From positions 1,376,001 to 1,440,000 of the forward strand of contig OY969934.1 of the NCBI GenBank assembly GCA_963704725.1: a stretch of 64,000 bases of DNA. The letters are read 5' to 3'. Position 1 is the first letter of the stretch, and every line of letters starts with the position of its first letter. Shown here one piece after another: positions 1 to 9,826 of this stretch. This DNA is from an uncultured Actinomycetes bacterium. Lineage in GTDB: Bacteria > Actinomycetota > UBA4738 > HRBIN12. The notes beneath the pieces were generated by a model. The model did no database searches. It was given only the letters and a program-made list of their open reading frames with translations, and was not told the origin of the DNA. The position numbers were made by a program, and so were the translations under genes.

Positions 1-48
1 GCGCCCCGCCTCCGCATACTCGTCGGGTCTGGCCTCGCGCACCTCCAT
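1..48 (-). CDS. Probable GNAT acetyltransferase, N-terminal part only (runs off the window)
   Basis: Minus strand reads MEVREARPDEYAEAGR, a typical GNAT beta1 start; TAGCCT lies 8 nt upstream of the ATG. Confidence 0.5.
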   Translation of the reverse strand, partial: MEVREARPDEYAEAGR

Positions 49-84
49 GACCCCGAAGGCTACCGAAGGTCGCCGACGTCAAGC

Positions 85-564
85 ATGTTGACGACCGCGC
101 GCAACCGGGGCGACGATGTTCGCGTGGGCCAGCCCGATCTGCCGAGGCTCCTCCTCGAGGCGTCGAGGACGCTCGGCGCCGAGCTGATGGCGAGCCTCGA
201 CGAGCGGGGGTTTCCCGATGCGCGGCCGGGGCACGCCGCCATGTTCATGCACATCGACCGGCGGTCGGGGACCCGGCTGACCGACCTCGCGAGACGGGCC
301 AGGATGACGAAGCAGGGGATGATGTTGCTCGTCGACGATCTCGAGACGCGCGGCTACGTCCGCCGGGTCCCCGATCCCGAGGACGCGCGGGCCAAGGTCG
401 TGCGGCTCACGGCCCGCGGCCGGCGCTACGCCGCCGAGGCCCGGCGCGCCGTGGCCGCCGTCGAGGCGCGCGCCCGTCGCGAGCTCGGGGACCGCCGCTA
501 CGACACGCTGCGAGGCGTGCTCGAGGAGCTGATCGAGGCCGGCGACGGCCACGCCGAGCCTTAG
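85..564 (+). CDS. MarR family transcriptional regulator
   Basis: wHTH LTDLARRARMTKQGM...LETRGYVRRVPDPEDARAKVVRLT with the DxR wing motif. Confidence 0.9.
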   Translation: MLTTARNRGDDVRVGQPDLPRLLLEASRTLGAELMASLDERGFPDARPGHAAMFMHIDRRSGTRLTDLARRARMTKQGMMLLVDDLETRGYVRRVPDPEDARAKVVRLTARGRRYAAEARRAVAAVEARARRELGDRRYDTLRGVLEELIEAGDGHAEP

Positions 565-1379
565 ATGCCGACGCCGACGTCGAGCAGCTTGCCGACGACG
601 TAGGTGATCCCCGCCGCGGCCCCGCCGATCGCGAGCATCCGCAGGCCGGAGAGCGCGGGGTTGCGCCCCGTGAGGTAGGACATCGCGGCGCCCACGCCGA
701 ACAGGGCTCCGCCCGAGAGCGCGCCGGAGACGACCACCGCAGCGTTTCCCGAGCCGAACAGGAACGGCACGAGCGGCACGATCGCGCCGACGGCGAACAT
801 CCCGAACGAGGCGCCGGCCGCCGCCACCGGCGACCCCAACCCCTCCTGCGGGTCGAGGCCGAGCTCCTCGCGCGCGTGCGTGTCGAGCGCGACCTCGGGG
901 TCCTTCATCAGCTCCGCCGCCAGACGCTCCGCCAGGTCCCGGGGCAGGCCCTTGCGCACGTAGAGCTCGGCGAGCTCCACGCGCTCGGCCTCCGGGTCCG
1001 AGCCGATCTCGTGTGCCTCGAGGTGGATCAGCCGCTCGAAGACCTCGCGCTGCACGCGGACCGAGATGTACTCGCCGGCCGCCATCGAGAACGCGCCGGC
1101 CAGCAGGCCGGCGACGCCGGCCAGGACGACGACCTGGTTGTCGACCCCGGCGCCGGCCACTCCGAAGATCAAGGAGAGGTTGGAGACGAGCCCGTCGTTG
1201 ACGCCGAAGATCGCCGCGCGCAGCGCGCCCGACTTGCCGCCGCCGCGCTGCTCGCCGCCGATCGGACCGGGATGCGGCACGATGCGCCATCGCCGCCCGC
1301 GCATCCGCCGGACGATCCGGGACAGGAGGTCGACCCGCCCCTTCGTCACCCGGTCCCGCGGCGAGAGCTCGGCGTTCAC
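561..1379 (-). CDS. VIT1/CCC1 family Fe/Mn transporter
   Basis: LRAAIFGVNDGLVSN, AGAFSMAAGEYISV and HAREELG motifs; start uncertain. Confidence 0.9.
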   Translation of the reverse strand: MNAELSPRDRVTKGRVDLLSRIVRRMRGRRWRIVPHPGPIGGEQRGGGKSGALRAAIFGVNDGLVSNLSLIFGVAGAGVDNQVVVLAGVAGLLAGAFSMAAGEYISVRVQREVFERLIHLEAHEIGSDPEAERVELAELYVRKGLPRDLAERLAAELMKDPEVALDTHAREELGLDPQEGLGSPVAAAGASFGMFAVGAIVPLVPFLFGSGNAAVVVSGALSGGALFGVGAAMSYLTGRNPALSGLRMLAIGGAAAGITYVVGKLLDVGVGI

Positions 1380-1416
1380 GTGACGAACCGATCGGCCGGG
1401 AACCGCCGCGGGCGAC

Positions 1417-2679
1417 TCAGGTGACGCTCCGGCGGCGGCGCGCCGCGAACCGCGCGAAGATCCTCCTGTTCGCCCGGTCGTGATCGTCGGCCGCACTCGA
1501 GAGCGCCGCCTTCTCCTCCTCCACATCCTCCTTGGTGAGCTCGGACTCGACGACCTCGTGCCGCGTCAGGTAGGTCGAGACCGTCGCCTGGATCACCGCG
1601 GCGGCGGGCAGGGCCATGAACGCGCCGATGAACCCGCTGACCGAGGCCCCGGCCAGGGCGGCGCCGAAGGCCACGGCGGGATGGAGCTGCATGGTCCGCG
1701 CCGTGATCCGGGGGGCGAGCAGGTAGTTCTCGATCTGCTGGTACACGACCACGAAGATCAGGAAGAAGAGGGCCGACCAGGGATCCTCGAGCAGGGCGAC
1801 CAGGAGCGGAACGGCGGCGGCGATGTACGTGCCCACCACCGGGATGAACTGCGACACGAGTCCCTGCCACAGCGCGAGCGGCAAGGCGAACGGGATCCCG
1901 AGGATCTGGAGTGCGATGAACGTGAACGCGGCGTTGATGACGGCGAGGAGCAGGCGCGAGTACAGGTAGCCGCCGGTCTTGTCGATCGCGATCTCCCATG
2001 CGGCGAGCACCTCGCGCTGTCGCCGCGGCGTGAGCACCGAGCACACGGAGCGACGGAACCGAGGGCCGTCGGCCACGAGGTAGAACGTAAACAGCCCGAT
2101 CGTGAGCAGCTGGAACAGGATGCCCAGCAGGAACGCCCCGATCGAGGCAACGTTCGCCGCGACGTCCTGGACGTCGGTCTGGGCGCTCGCGATGCGATCG
2201 AGGATGTTCTTGGTCGAGAGCTCGTAATCGGGGCCGAACCATCGCTTGGTGTACACGCTCGCCTGCCGGAGCCAGCCGGGGAGGCGGCCGATCAGCTCCT
2301 GCACCTGGTCGATGACGAGCGGCACCATGAGCGCCGTCATCACCAGCACCAGCAGGACGAGGCCGAACAGCACGGCGGCACTGGCGGCGCCGCGCTTCCA
2401 GCCCCTTCCGACCAGCCAGTTGACCGCGGGCTCGAGCGCGAAGGACAGGAACAGGGCGGTCACCAGCCACACGATCAGCTCGCGGACACGCCGGAACATC
2501 GTGAACGCGGCGTACGCGGCGAAGAAGACGAGGACGATCAGCAGCAGCAGTCGGGTGACCCATGGCGGCATCCGGGTCGTGTCGGGATCCTCCCCGGGTG
2601 TGCCGACCTCCTCGGCGCCGCGGGCCTGCGCGTCGGCCAACGGGACGCTCGGCTCCTCGGGCGCGACGACCGGGTCCAT
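1417..2679 (-). CDS. AI-2E family (PerM/TqsA-like) transporter
   Basis: Multi-TM protein with LEPAV, FIPVVG, YQQIENYLLAPRI and GAFMALPAAA; TACCCT 7 nt before the ATG. Confidence 0.9.
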   Translation of the reverse strand: MDPVVAPEEPSVPLADAQARGAEEVGTPGEDPDTTRMPPWVTRLLLLIVLVFFAAYAAFTMFRRVRELIVWLVTALFLSFALEPAVNWLVGRGWKRGAASAAVLFGLVLLVLVMTALMVPLVIDQVQELIGRLPGWLRQASVYTKRWFGPDYELSTKNILDRIASAQTDVQDVAANVASIGAFLLGILFQLLTIGLFTFYLVADGPRFRRSVCSVLTPRRQREVLAAWEIAIDKTGGYLYSRLLLAVINAAFTFIALQILGIPFALPLALWQGLVSQFIPVVGTYIAAAVPLLVALLEDPWSALFFLIFVVVYQQIENYLLAPRITARTMQLHPAVAFGAALAGASVSGFIGAFMALPAAAVIQATVSTYLTRHEVVESELTKEDVEEEKAALSSAADDHDRANRRIFARFAARRRRSVT

Positions 2680-2764
2680 CTCCGGCAGGGTACCCACCGG
2701 CCATGGGCGGCGCCAGCATCGCCGACCGCCACCGCAACGCCGAACGGGCTCGTACGATGGGGCC

Positions 2765-3256
2765 GTGCCGCAGGAGGCCCGGGGGAAGACCGGCCGGCCC
2801 ACCGAAGGGCGGAACAAGCCCGAGCGTCCGCGCGACCACCTGGGGCGGCCCCAGCCGTGGGACGCGGAGGGCACGCTCCGTCTCGAGGACTACGACAGCC
2901 TGCCGATCGAGGAGAACCACCGGCTCGGGCGGGAGCACCTGAACGCGGGACGGTACTTCCCCGCCCACGAGGCCTGGGAGACCGCGTGGAAGCAGGCTCG
3001 GGACACCGACGACGCGGAGTTCTTCAAGGGGCTCTCCCAGCTGGGCGCGGGCTACACGCACCTGCTCCGCGGGAACGCTCACGGGGCCGTCCGCCTCCTG
3101 CGTCGAGCCTCGGGACGGATCGGCGCTTACCCGGACGGCCACCTCGGCGTGCCGACGACTCGGGTGGCCGAGGCCTCGGAGGCCCTGGCGGCGGCGGTCG
3201 AACGCGGGGACGTCGTTCCCGGCGAGGACGCGGCGTTCGAACCGCCGGCCGTGTGA
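2765..3256 (+). CDS. DUF309 family protein
   Basis: NAGRYFPAHEAWETAWK...FFKGLSQLGAG...RGNAHGA signature; TACGAT 6 nt before the GTG. Confidence 0.85.
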   Translation: MPQEARGKTGRPTEGRNKPERPRDHLGRPQPWDAEGTLRLEDYDSLPIEENHRLGREHLNAGRYFPAHEAWETAWKQARDTDDAEFFKGLSQLGAGYTHLLRGNAHGAVRLLRRASGRIGAYPDGHLGVPTTRVAEASEALAAAVERGDVVPGEDAAFEPPAV

Positions 3257-3299
3257 GCGGTTGACTGTGAAGGCCACAGCAGAGACCATGTCTGAAGGA

Positions 3300-4043
3300 A
3301 TGTCACCCGAAGCCGCGAACACGTTGGAGTGGAAGGGCCGAACGGGGCCGTTCTCGATCGAGGTCGACCCCGCGATCTTCGCCCCCACGCACACGAGCCG
3401 CACGATCGCCGACGCGCTGGAGATCCAGTCCGGCGACACCGTGATCGACGTCGGATGCGGCAGCGGCGTGCTGTCGTTCGTCGCGTCCAGGCTCGGCGCG
3501 AAGCGCGTCTACGGCGTCGACCTGTCGCCCGAGGCGGTCGAGGTGGCCGGGCGCAACGCCGAGCAGCTCGGCGTGGGCGACCGGACCGAGTTCCGGGTGG
3601 GGAACCTGCTCGAGCCGATGCGCGGCGTCCAGGCGGACGTCATCATCGGCGACGTCTCGGGCATCCCCGACGAGATCGCGGCGGTCTCCGGATGGTTCCC
3701 CGACGGACGGGCCGGCGGGCCGACCGGGGCCGAGCTCCCCGCCGCCATGCTCGAGAGCATCCACGACAACGACTGCCTCCGGCCGGGCGGGCGTCTGTAC
3801 CTGCCCACCGGCACGATCCAGGCCGAGGGCAGGATCCTCGAGGTGGCCAAGCGCATCTTCGGAGCCGCCAACCTCCAGTCCCTGCTCAGCCGGGAGTTCC
3901 CTCTCCCCGACGTCGTGGCCAGGTCCAAGGCGGTCGCGCAGATGATGAAGGAGGGCATCCTCGACCTCCACGCGCGCGGCAGCCGGCTCCTGTGGCGGCT
4001 CCAGGTGTGGCGCTGCGAGATGCCGACCGTCCTGTCGGACTGA
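3300..4043 (+). CDS. Class I SAM-dependent methyltransferase (PrmA/PrmC-like fold)
   Basis: VIDVGCGSG motif I and VYGVD motif; alternative start at 3288; TTGACT-N17-GACCAT upstream. Confidence 0.8.
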   Translation: MSPEAANTLEWKGRTGPFSIEVDPAIFAPTHTSRTIADALEIQSGDTVIDVGCGSGVLSFVASRLGAKRVYGVDLSPEAVEVAGRNAEQLGVGDRTEFRVGNLLEPMRGVQADVIIGDVSGIPDEIAAVSGWFPDGRAGGPTGAELPAAMLESIHDNDCLRPGGRLYLPTGTIQAEGRILEVAKRIFGAANLQSLLSREFPLPDVVARSKAVAQMMKEGILDLHARGSRLLWRLQVWRCEMPTVLSD

Positions 4044-4054
4044 GCGGCGCCCCG

Positions 4055-4561
4055 CTACGCCCCAGGCCGGACCTCCACGACCGACTTGACCCAGTACCCC
4101 GACTCCCGCAGATGCGCCGCGCCCCCGCGATCGATCGCGAGCACGATGATCCCGATGCGGCATCCGTGCTCCTCGAGCACCTTCGCCGCCTTCAGGACCT
4201 GATGCCCGGTCGTCGAGACGTCCTCGATGAGGGCGATCTCGGCGCCGGCCGGCGCGTGGCCCTCGACCTGCGAACGCGTGCCGTAGGCCTTGGCCTCCTT
4301 GCGGACCACCGCCACGGGCAGCCCGGTCTCGATCGCGACCGCGGCGACCAACAGGGTGGCCGCGCCCTCGGGCGCGCCGAGATGCGTGACGCCCTCCGGG
4401 AGCAGGTCCGCGACGGCGTGGGCGGTCTCCCGCAGCAGGCCGGGCTCGGTGAGGAAGCGGAACTTGTCGAAGTAGACCGTCGACCGCTTCCCGGACGACA
4501 GGATGAAGTCGCCGTGGAGCTCGGACGCCTCGAGCAGGCGCCTCGCGAGATCGTGCGACAT
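4055..4561 (-). CDS. pyrE: Orotate phosphoribosyltransferase
   Basis: GDFILSSGKRSTVYFDK, VRKEAKAYGT and PRPP loop LIEDVSTTG. Confidence 0.92.
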   Translation of the reverse strand: MSHDLARRLLEASELHGDFILSSGKRSTVYFDKFRFLTEPGLLRETAHAVADLLPEGVTHLGAPEGAATLLVAAVAIETGLPVAVVRKEAKAYGTRSQVEGHAPAGAEIALIEDVSTTGHQVLKAAKVLEEHGCRIGIIVLAIDRGGAAHLRESGYWVKSVVEVRPGA

Positions 4562-4582
4562 CGCCGGTAGCATAGGGCGCCG
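4562..4582. promoter_or_regulatory. Overlapping divergent -10 elements (bidirectional, leaderless-type)
   Basis: TAGCAT on + (4568-4573) overlaps TATGCT on -; each lies 7-9 nt before an ATG. Confidence 0.6.
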
Positions 4583-5587
4583 ATGGGCTGGTACCGGACG
4601 CTGGCGCGACCCGCGTTCTTCGCGATCCCGCCCGAGGTCGCCCACGCCGCCGCCACCCGCCTCCTCGGCCTGCCGCTCCCGTGGGAGCGTCTGGGCGGCG
4701 CCGTCCGGGAGCCGGCGCTCGAGACCGAGCTCGCAGGGATCGCCCTCGCCAACCCGGTGGGGCTTGCCGCCGGCTTCGACAAGACCGGCCGCCGTCTGGG
4801 TGCCCTCGGCCGCCTGGGGTTCGGCTACGTGGTGGGCGGGACCTTCACGAGGCGCCCGCGCGGGGGGAACCCGAGACCGAGGATCGTTCGGTACACCGAC
4901 CGGTCGTCGATGGTCAACGCCATGGGCCTGCCGAACCCCGGGGCCGAGGCCGCCGCGGCCACGCTGGCGCTCACGTCGCGGACCGCCCCGAGGTTCGCGA
5001 GCATCGCCGACGAGGACGTCGCCGACGCGGTCGAGGCTCACCGGCTCCTGGAGCCTCACGTCGACGGGATCGAGCTGAACGCGAGCTGTCCCAACGTGTC
5101 GTGGGGCCGGGACCGCGACAACGAGCTGCACCTGTCGGCGCTGCTGGCGGCCCTGGACACCCGGTCCAAGCCCCTGTTCGTCAAGCTCCCGCCGTTCCGG
5201 ACCGGGATCGAGCGAGACGTGGTGCTCGCGCTCGCGAGCATCGCCGTCGCCGGCGGCGCGGACGGCCTGGTCTGCTCGAACACCCGGTCCGTCGCGGACG
5301 CCCGGCTCTCGGTCGGCCGGGGTGGGCTGTCCGGAAGAGCGCTCGTCGCCGACACGTCTCGGATCGTGGCCGAGGTCGCCGCGTTCGTCGGGGGCGCCCT
5401 CCCCATCGCCGCATGCGGTGGCATCTCCACGCCGGCGGACGCGCTGGCGTGCCTGCAGGCCGGCGCCTCGACCGTCCAGGTGTACACGGGCCTCGTGTAC
5501 CGGGGCCCGGGCATCGTGGGGGAGCTCACGGGCGGGCTGGTGGCGGCGCTCGGGGTCCGTGCCGGCGCCGCTCCGGCCCCGGGCTGA
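4583..5587 (+). CDS. pyrD: Dihydroorotate dehydrogenase (class 2-like N-terminus)
   Basis: PEVAH, NPVGLAAGFDK, GNPRPRIVR, NAMGLPNPG, GGLSG and VQVYTGLVYRGP. Confidence 0.92.
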   Translation: MGWYRTLARPAFFAIPPEVAHAAATRLLGLPLPWERLGGAVREPALETELAGIALANPVGLAAGFDKTGRRLGALGRLGFGYVVGGTFTRRPRGGNPRPRIVRYTDRSSMVNAMGLPNPGAEAAAATLALTSRTAPRFASIADEDVADAVEAHRLLEPHVDGIELNASCPNVSWGRDRDNELHLSALLAALDTRSKPLFVKLPPFRTGIERDVVLALASIAVAGGADGLVCSNTRSVADARLSVGRGGLSGRALVADTSRIVAEVAAFVGGALPIAACGGISTPADALACLQAGASTVQVYTGLVYRGPGIVGELTGGLVAALGVRAGAAPAPG

Positions 5588-5643
5588 GCTCCGGCGCGCC
5601 GAAACGTCGAATCGGAGGCGCGCGTCCACGCCGCGCCGAGGGG

Positions 5644-5672
5644 TTGCCGAGGGTTGGCTTCCCGTTCAAGAT
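5644..5672 (+). promoter_or_regulatory. Putative sigma70 promoter of the ABC operon
   Basis: TTGCCG-N17-CAAGAT, overlapped by a GCCGAGGG(G)TTG direct repeat. Confidence 0.4.
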
Positions 5673-5710
5673 GTCGCGGTTCCGGCGATCGAGCAGGTGA
5701 CGGAGGGGGA

Positions 5711-6838
5711 TTGGCACAACCGGAGGTCCGGGTCGACCGCGCCCACGCGTCCGCGGAAGGCGCCGTCGCCGTCCGGCTGGCCGGGGTGCGCAAGCGCTTC
5801 GGAGACGTCGTCGCGGTCGACGGCGTCGACCTGGAGGTCGCCGAGGGCGAGTTCTTCTCGATGCTCGGTCCATCCGGGTCGGGCAAGACCACCTGCCTGC
5901 GGATGATCGCCGGCTTCGAGCCGCCGACCGAGGGCCGGATCGAGCTCGGGGGCCGGGACGTGACGGGCCTCGCGCCGTACGAGCGAGACGTCAACACCGT
6001 CTTCCAGGACTACGCGCTCTTCCCGCACATGACGGTGCTCGAGAACGTCGAGTACGGCCTGCGGGTCAAGAAGGTCCCCAAGACCGAACGGTCCGAGAGG
6101 GCCGCCGACGCCTTGGCCATGGTGCAGCTCGGCGGGTTCGGCGATCGCAAGCCCTCGCAGCTCTCGGGCGGGCAGCGCCAGCGGGTCGCGCTGGCCCGGG
6201 CGCTCGTCAACCGGCCGCGGGTCCTGCTCCTGGACGAGCCGCTCGGGGCGCTCGACCTCAAGCTGCGCCAGGCGATGCAGATCGAGCTGAAGGAGATCCA
6301 GCAGCGCGTCGGGCTCACGTTCGTCTACGTGACGCACGACCAGGAGGAGGCGCTCACGATGAGCGACCGCCTGGCGGTGTTCAGCCACGGCCGGATCGAG
6401 CAGGTGGGGACCCCGGCCGAGGTCTACGAGCGGCCCGCGACGGGGTTCGTGGCCGGATTCGTCGGGACGTCGAACGTGCTCTCGGGAACCGTGGCCGAGG
6501 CGATCACCGGCTCGGCCGAGGCCATCACGATCCGGCCGGAGAAGATCCACATGGGCGAGGTCTCCTCGAGCGCCGGCCCCGACGAGTGCACGGCGACCGG
6601 ACACGTCACCGAGGTCGTCTACATCGGCGCGCTGACGAAGTACTCGGTCGCGCTCGACGCCGGCGGAGTGCTCGTCGTCTTCCAGCAGAATCTCAGCACG
6701 TCGTCGATGGAGGCGCTCCAGGTGAAGGGGCGAGCCGTGCGGCTCACGTGGAGTCGGGGGAACAACCGCCCGATCGTCGCGACGGGCGTCGATGCGTCGT
6801 CGGATCCCGATGCGGGGTCGAAGGAGGGAATGGGATGA
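5711..6838 (+). CDS. Polyamine ABC transporter ATP-binding protein (PotA/YdcT-like)
   Basis: GPSGSGKT, LSGGQRQR, LLLDEPLGALD and C-terminal TOBE; TTG after a GGAGG SD. Confidence 0.92.
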   Translation: MAQPEVRVDRAHASAEGAVAVRLAGVRKRFGDVVAVDGVDLEVAEGEFFSMLGPSGSGKTTCLRMIAGFEPPTEGRIELGGRDVTGLAPYERDVNTVFQDYALFPHMTVLENVEYGLRVKKVPKTERSERAADALAMVQLGGFGDRKPSQLSGGQRQRVALARALVNRPRVLLLDEPLGALDLKLRQAMQIELKEIQQRVGLTFVYVTHDQEEALTMSDRLAVFSHGRIEQVGTPAEVYERPATGFVAGFVGTSNVLSGTVAEAITGSAEAITIRPEKIHMGEVSSSAGPDECTATGHVTEVVYIGALTKYSVALDAGGVLVVFQQNLSTSSMEALQVKGRAVRLTWSRGNNRPIVATGVDASSDPDAGSKEGMG

Positions 6839-8025
6839 GGACTTTCAGGGGGGCGCTGCCGATCGTCTTCGTGCTCGCGCTCGTGGCCGCAGCGTGCGGC
6901 AACGACGAGGGCGACGGGGGCGGCGGCAGCGGCGGCGGGGAGCAGCAGGTGTTCTCCTACGACGCGAACGCAACGGGTGAGGGGGAGCTCAGCCTCATCG
7001 CGTGGCCGGGGTACACGGAGGACGACTGGGTGACGCCGTTCGAGGATGAGTCCGGCTGCCAGGTGACGGTGAAGCCGGGCAACACCTCGGACGAGATGGT
7101 GAACCTCATGCGCCAGCAGGGCGGCAGCCTCTACGACGGCGTGTCGGCGTCGGGGGACGCGACGAACCGCCTCATCGCCAACGGCGACGTCGCAGCGGTG
7201 GACATCTCCTCGTTCCCCGACTACACGGACGTGATGCAGACCCTCCAGGCGCCGCCGCACAACACGGTGAACGGCGTCCACTACGGCGTGCCGTACATGT
7301 GGGGACCGAACCTGCTCATGTACAACAGCGCCGAGGTCAGCCCGGCGCCGACGAGCTGGGACGTGACGTTCGCGGCGGACTCGCCGTACGCGGGGAAGGT
7401 GACCGCGTACGACAGCCCGATCTTCATCGCCGACGCCGCGATGTACCTGATGTCGACGCAGCCCGATCTGGGGATCACCGATCCCTACGAGCTGACGCAG
7501 GACCAGCTCGATGCGGCCGTGCAGGTGCTGCAGACCCAGGCGAACCTGGTGGGCAAGTACTGGGCCGTCTACACGGACGAGATCGACGGGTTCAGCTCCG
7601 GGGACATGGTCGTCGGAACGGCCTGGCCGGTGAACTGGCAGTACACGAAGGCCGAGGACGTGCCGGTGGAGGCCGTCATCCCGTCGGAGGGCGTCACGGG
7701 CTGGGCCGACACCTGGATGATGTCGTCGAACGCGCCGCACCCCGTCTGCATGCTGAAGTGGATGGAGTACACGCTCCGGCCCGACGTGCAGACGCAGGTG
7801 GCGGAGTTCTACGGCGCCACGCCCTCGAACATCGGGTCGTGCGACCAGCTGAACTCGGACCTGGGCGCGGATGCCGCCGCGTACCACTGCGGCGACGACG
7901 AGTTCCTTTCGAGCGTCTGGCTGTGGAAGACGCCGCTGCCCGACTGCGGCGACGATCGCGGGGAGACGTGCACCGACTACTCGGCCTGGACGAACGCCTG
8001 GACCCAGATCCGGGGCGCCGGCTAG
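6835..8025 (+). CDS. Polyamine ABC transporter substrate-binding lipoprotein (PotD/YdcS-like)
   Basis: Lipobox AAAC; IAWPGY, YGVPYMWGPN and EGVTGWADTWM. Confidence 0.9.
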   Translation: MRTFRGALPIVFVLALVAAACGNDEGDGGGGSGGGEQQVFSYDANATGEGELSLIAWPGYTEDDWVTPFEDESGCQVTVKPGNTSDEMVNLMRQQGGSLYDGVSASGDATNRLIANGDVAAVDISSFPDYTDVMQTLQAPPHNTVNGVHYGVPYMWGPNLLMYNSAEVSPAPTSWDVTFAADSPYAGKVTAYDSPIFIADAAMYLMSTQPDLGITDPYELTQDQLDAAVQVLQTQANLVGKYWAVYTDEIDGFSSGDMVVGTAWPVNWQYTKAEDVPVEAVIPSEGVTGWADTWMMSSNAPHPVCMLKWMEYTLRPDVQTQVAEFYGATPSNIGSCDQLNSDLGADAAAYHCGDDEFLSSVWLWKTPLPDCGDDRGETCTDYSAWTNAWTQIRGAG

Positions 8026-8039
8026 GACCTGCGACGTGA

Positions 8040-8067
8040 GGGAGCCCGGCCGGTTGGCCGGGCTCCC
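8040..8067 (+). other. Intercistronic 12-bp stem-loop (likely mRNA stabiliser after the SBP gene)
   Basis: gggagcccggcc-ggtt-ggccgggctccc perfect inverted repeat, no U-tract. Confidence 0.65.
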
Positions 8068-8082
8068 CTCCTCACCGACGAG

Positions 8083-8988
8083 ATGGCCGCGGCGACCGCA
8101 CCGATCGACGCCCCCGAGGGCCCTCTCGCTCGGCGCGTCTCCGCGGGTCTGTTCCGGCATCCCCGGGCCAAGCTCGCGCTCATGCTCGGGCCGCCGCTGA
8201 CGTGGATGGGGCTCGTGTACCTCGCGTCGTTGACCCTGCTCCTCGTGACGTCGTTCTGGCGGCTCGACGTGCTGACGTCGCAGATCGAGCATTCGTGGGG
8301 ACTGCAGAACTACCAGACGCTCGTCCGGGACTCGGTCTATCGAACGATCGTGCTCCGGACGGTCGGCATGGCCGCCGCCGTGACGGTGACCGACCTCGTC
8401 CTGGCGTTCCCCATCGCCTACTACATGGTTCGTCTCGCCACGCCGAGGGTCCGCTCGTTGCTGCTGCTGGCGGTCGTCATGCCGTTGTGGTCCAACTACC
8501 TCGTGCGCATGTTCTCGTGGAAGATCATCACCGCGGGCAACGGGCCGCTGGAGAGCCTCCTCGGGCTGGTCGGGATCCACGTCGGCCTGGCCGCGAGCAA
8601 CTGGGCGGTGTGGCTCACGTTCTGCTACCTCTGGTTGCCGTTCGCGATCCTGCCCGTCTACGCGGCGCTCGAGCGGCTCCCCTCCTCGCTGTTGGAGGCC
8701 TCCAGCGACCTCGGCGCATCGGGATGGATGACGTTCCGCCGGGTCGTGCTCCCGACGATCTTCCCCGGCCTCGTCGCCGCCTCGATCTTCACGTTCTCGC
8801 TCACGCTCGGGGACTACATCACCCCGATCACGGTGGGGAACGGCTTCTTCATCGGGAACGCGATCTACAACCTCGTCGGAACGGCGAGCAACCTTCCGCT
8901 CGCGGCCGCCCTCGCCACGATCCCGGTGATCGTGATGGCGCTGTACCTGACGCTCGCGCGGCGCCTGGGCGCGCTCGAGGCGCTGTAG
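8083..8988 (+). CDS. Polyamine ABC transporter permease (PotB-like)
   Basis: EAA motif LLEASSDLGAS; about six TM helices. Confidence 0.9.
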   Translation: MAAATAPIDAPEGPLARRVSAGLFRHPRAKLALMLGPPLTWMGLVYLASLTLLLVTSFWRLDVLTSQIEHSWGLQNYQTLVRDSVYRTIVLRTVGMAAAVTVTDLVLAFPIAYYMVRLATPRVRSLLLLAVVMPLWSNYLVRMFSWKIITAGNGPLESLLGLVGIHVGLAASNWAVWLTFCYLWLPFAILPVYAALERLPSSLLEASSDLGASGWMTFRRVVLPTIFPGLVAASIFTFSLTLGDYITPITVGNGFFIGNAIYNLVGTASNLPLAAALATIPVIVMALYLTLARRLGALEAL

Positions 8989-8992
8989 GCCG

Positions 8993-9814
8993 ATGGAGTC
9001 TCGTCTGGCGCGGCTGGTGATCAAGGGGGGAACCGCCCTGACGTTGACGTTCCTGTACGCGCCGCTCGTCATCCTCGCCCTGTACGCGTTCAGCAAGACG
9101 ATCGCGCATCGATGGCCCCCACAGCTGTGGACGACGAAGTGGTTCTCGACCGCCTGGCATGACCCGCAGCTCCCGACGGCGCTCGCCGGCTCGCTTCAGG
9201 CGGCGGTCGGAGCGACGATCCTCGCGTTGTTCCTCGGATCGCTGGCGGCGTTCGCGGTGCACCGGTTCCGCTTCTTCGGTCGGGAGGCCGTCTCCTTCGC
9301 CCTGGTGCTGCCGATCGCCCTGCCCGGCATCGTGACGGCCATCGCGCTGTCCTCCGCCATCAACTTCGGGCACGATCTGTTCGGCCTCACGTTCTCGGTG
9401 TGGACGGTCATCATCGGTCACGCCACGTTCTGCATCGTCGTCGTGTTCAACAACGTCATCGCGAGACTCCGGCGCACCGGCACGTCGCTGGTCGAGGCGT
9501 CGATGGATCTCGGCGCAGACGGGTGGCAGACGTTCCGGTACGTGACGCTCCCCGCGATCCGAACGGCTCTCGTCGCCGGGGCGCTGCTCGCCTTCGGACT
9601 GTCGTTCGACGAGGTGGTCGTGACGAACTTCACGGCCGGCACGAAGCTCACGCTCCCGCTGTGGATCTTCGGCAAGATCCGGACGCCGCGAGAGCAACCG
9701 GTCGTCAACGTCGTGGCGCTCGTCCTGATCTTGGCCTCGTTCATCCCCGTGTACCTCGCGCAGCGCCTGGCGACGGACACGACGGGGGCGATCAGCGCGG
9801 GCCGACGTCGATAA
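8993..9814 (+). CDS. Polyamine ABC transporter permease (PotC-like)
   Basis: LVEASMDLGA, LSFDEVVVT. Confidence 0.9.
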   Translation: MESRLARLVIKGGTALTLTFLYAPLVILALYAFSKTIAHRWPPQLWTTKWFSTAWHDPQLPTALAGSLQAAVGATILALFLGSLAAFAVHRFRFFGREAVSFALVLPIALPGIVTAIALSSAINFGHDLFGLTFSVWTVIIGHATFCIVVVFNNVIARLRRTGTSLVEASMDLGADGWQTFRYVTLPAIRTALVAGALLAFGLSFDEVVVTNFTAGTKLTLPLWIFGKIRTPREQPVVNVVALVLILASFIPVYLAQRLATDTTGAISAGRRR

Positions 9815-9826
9815 CCTGCAGGGCAG

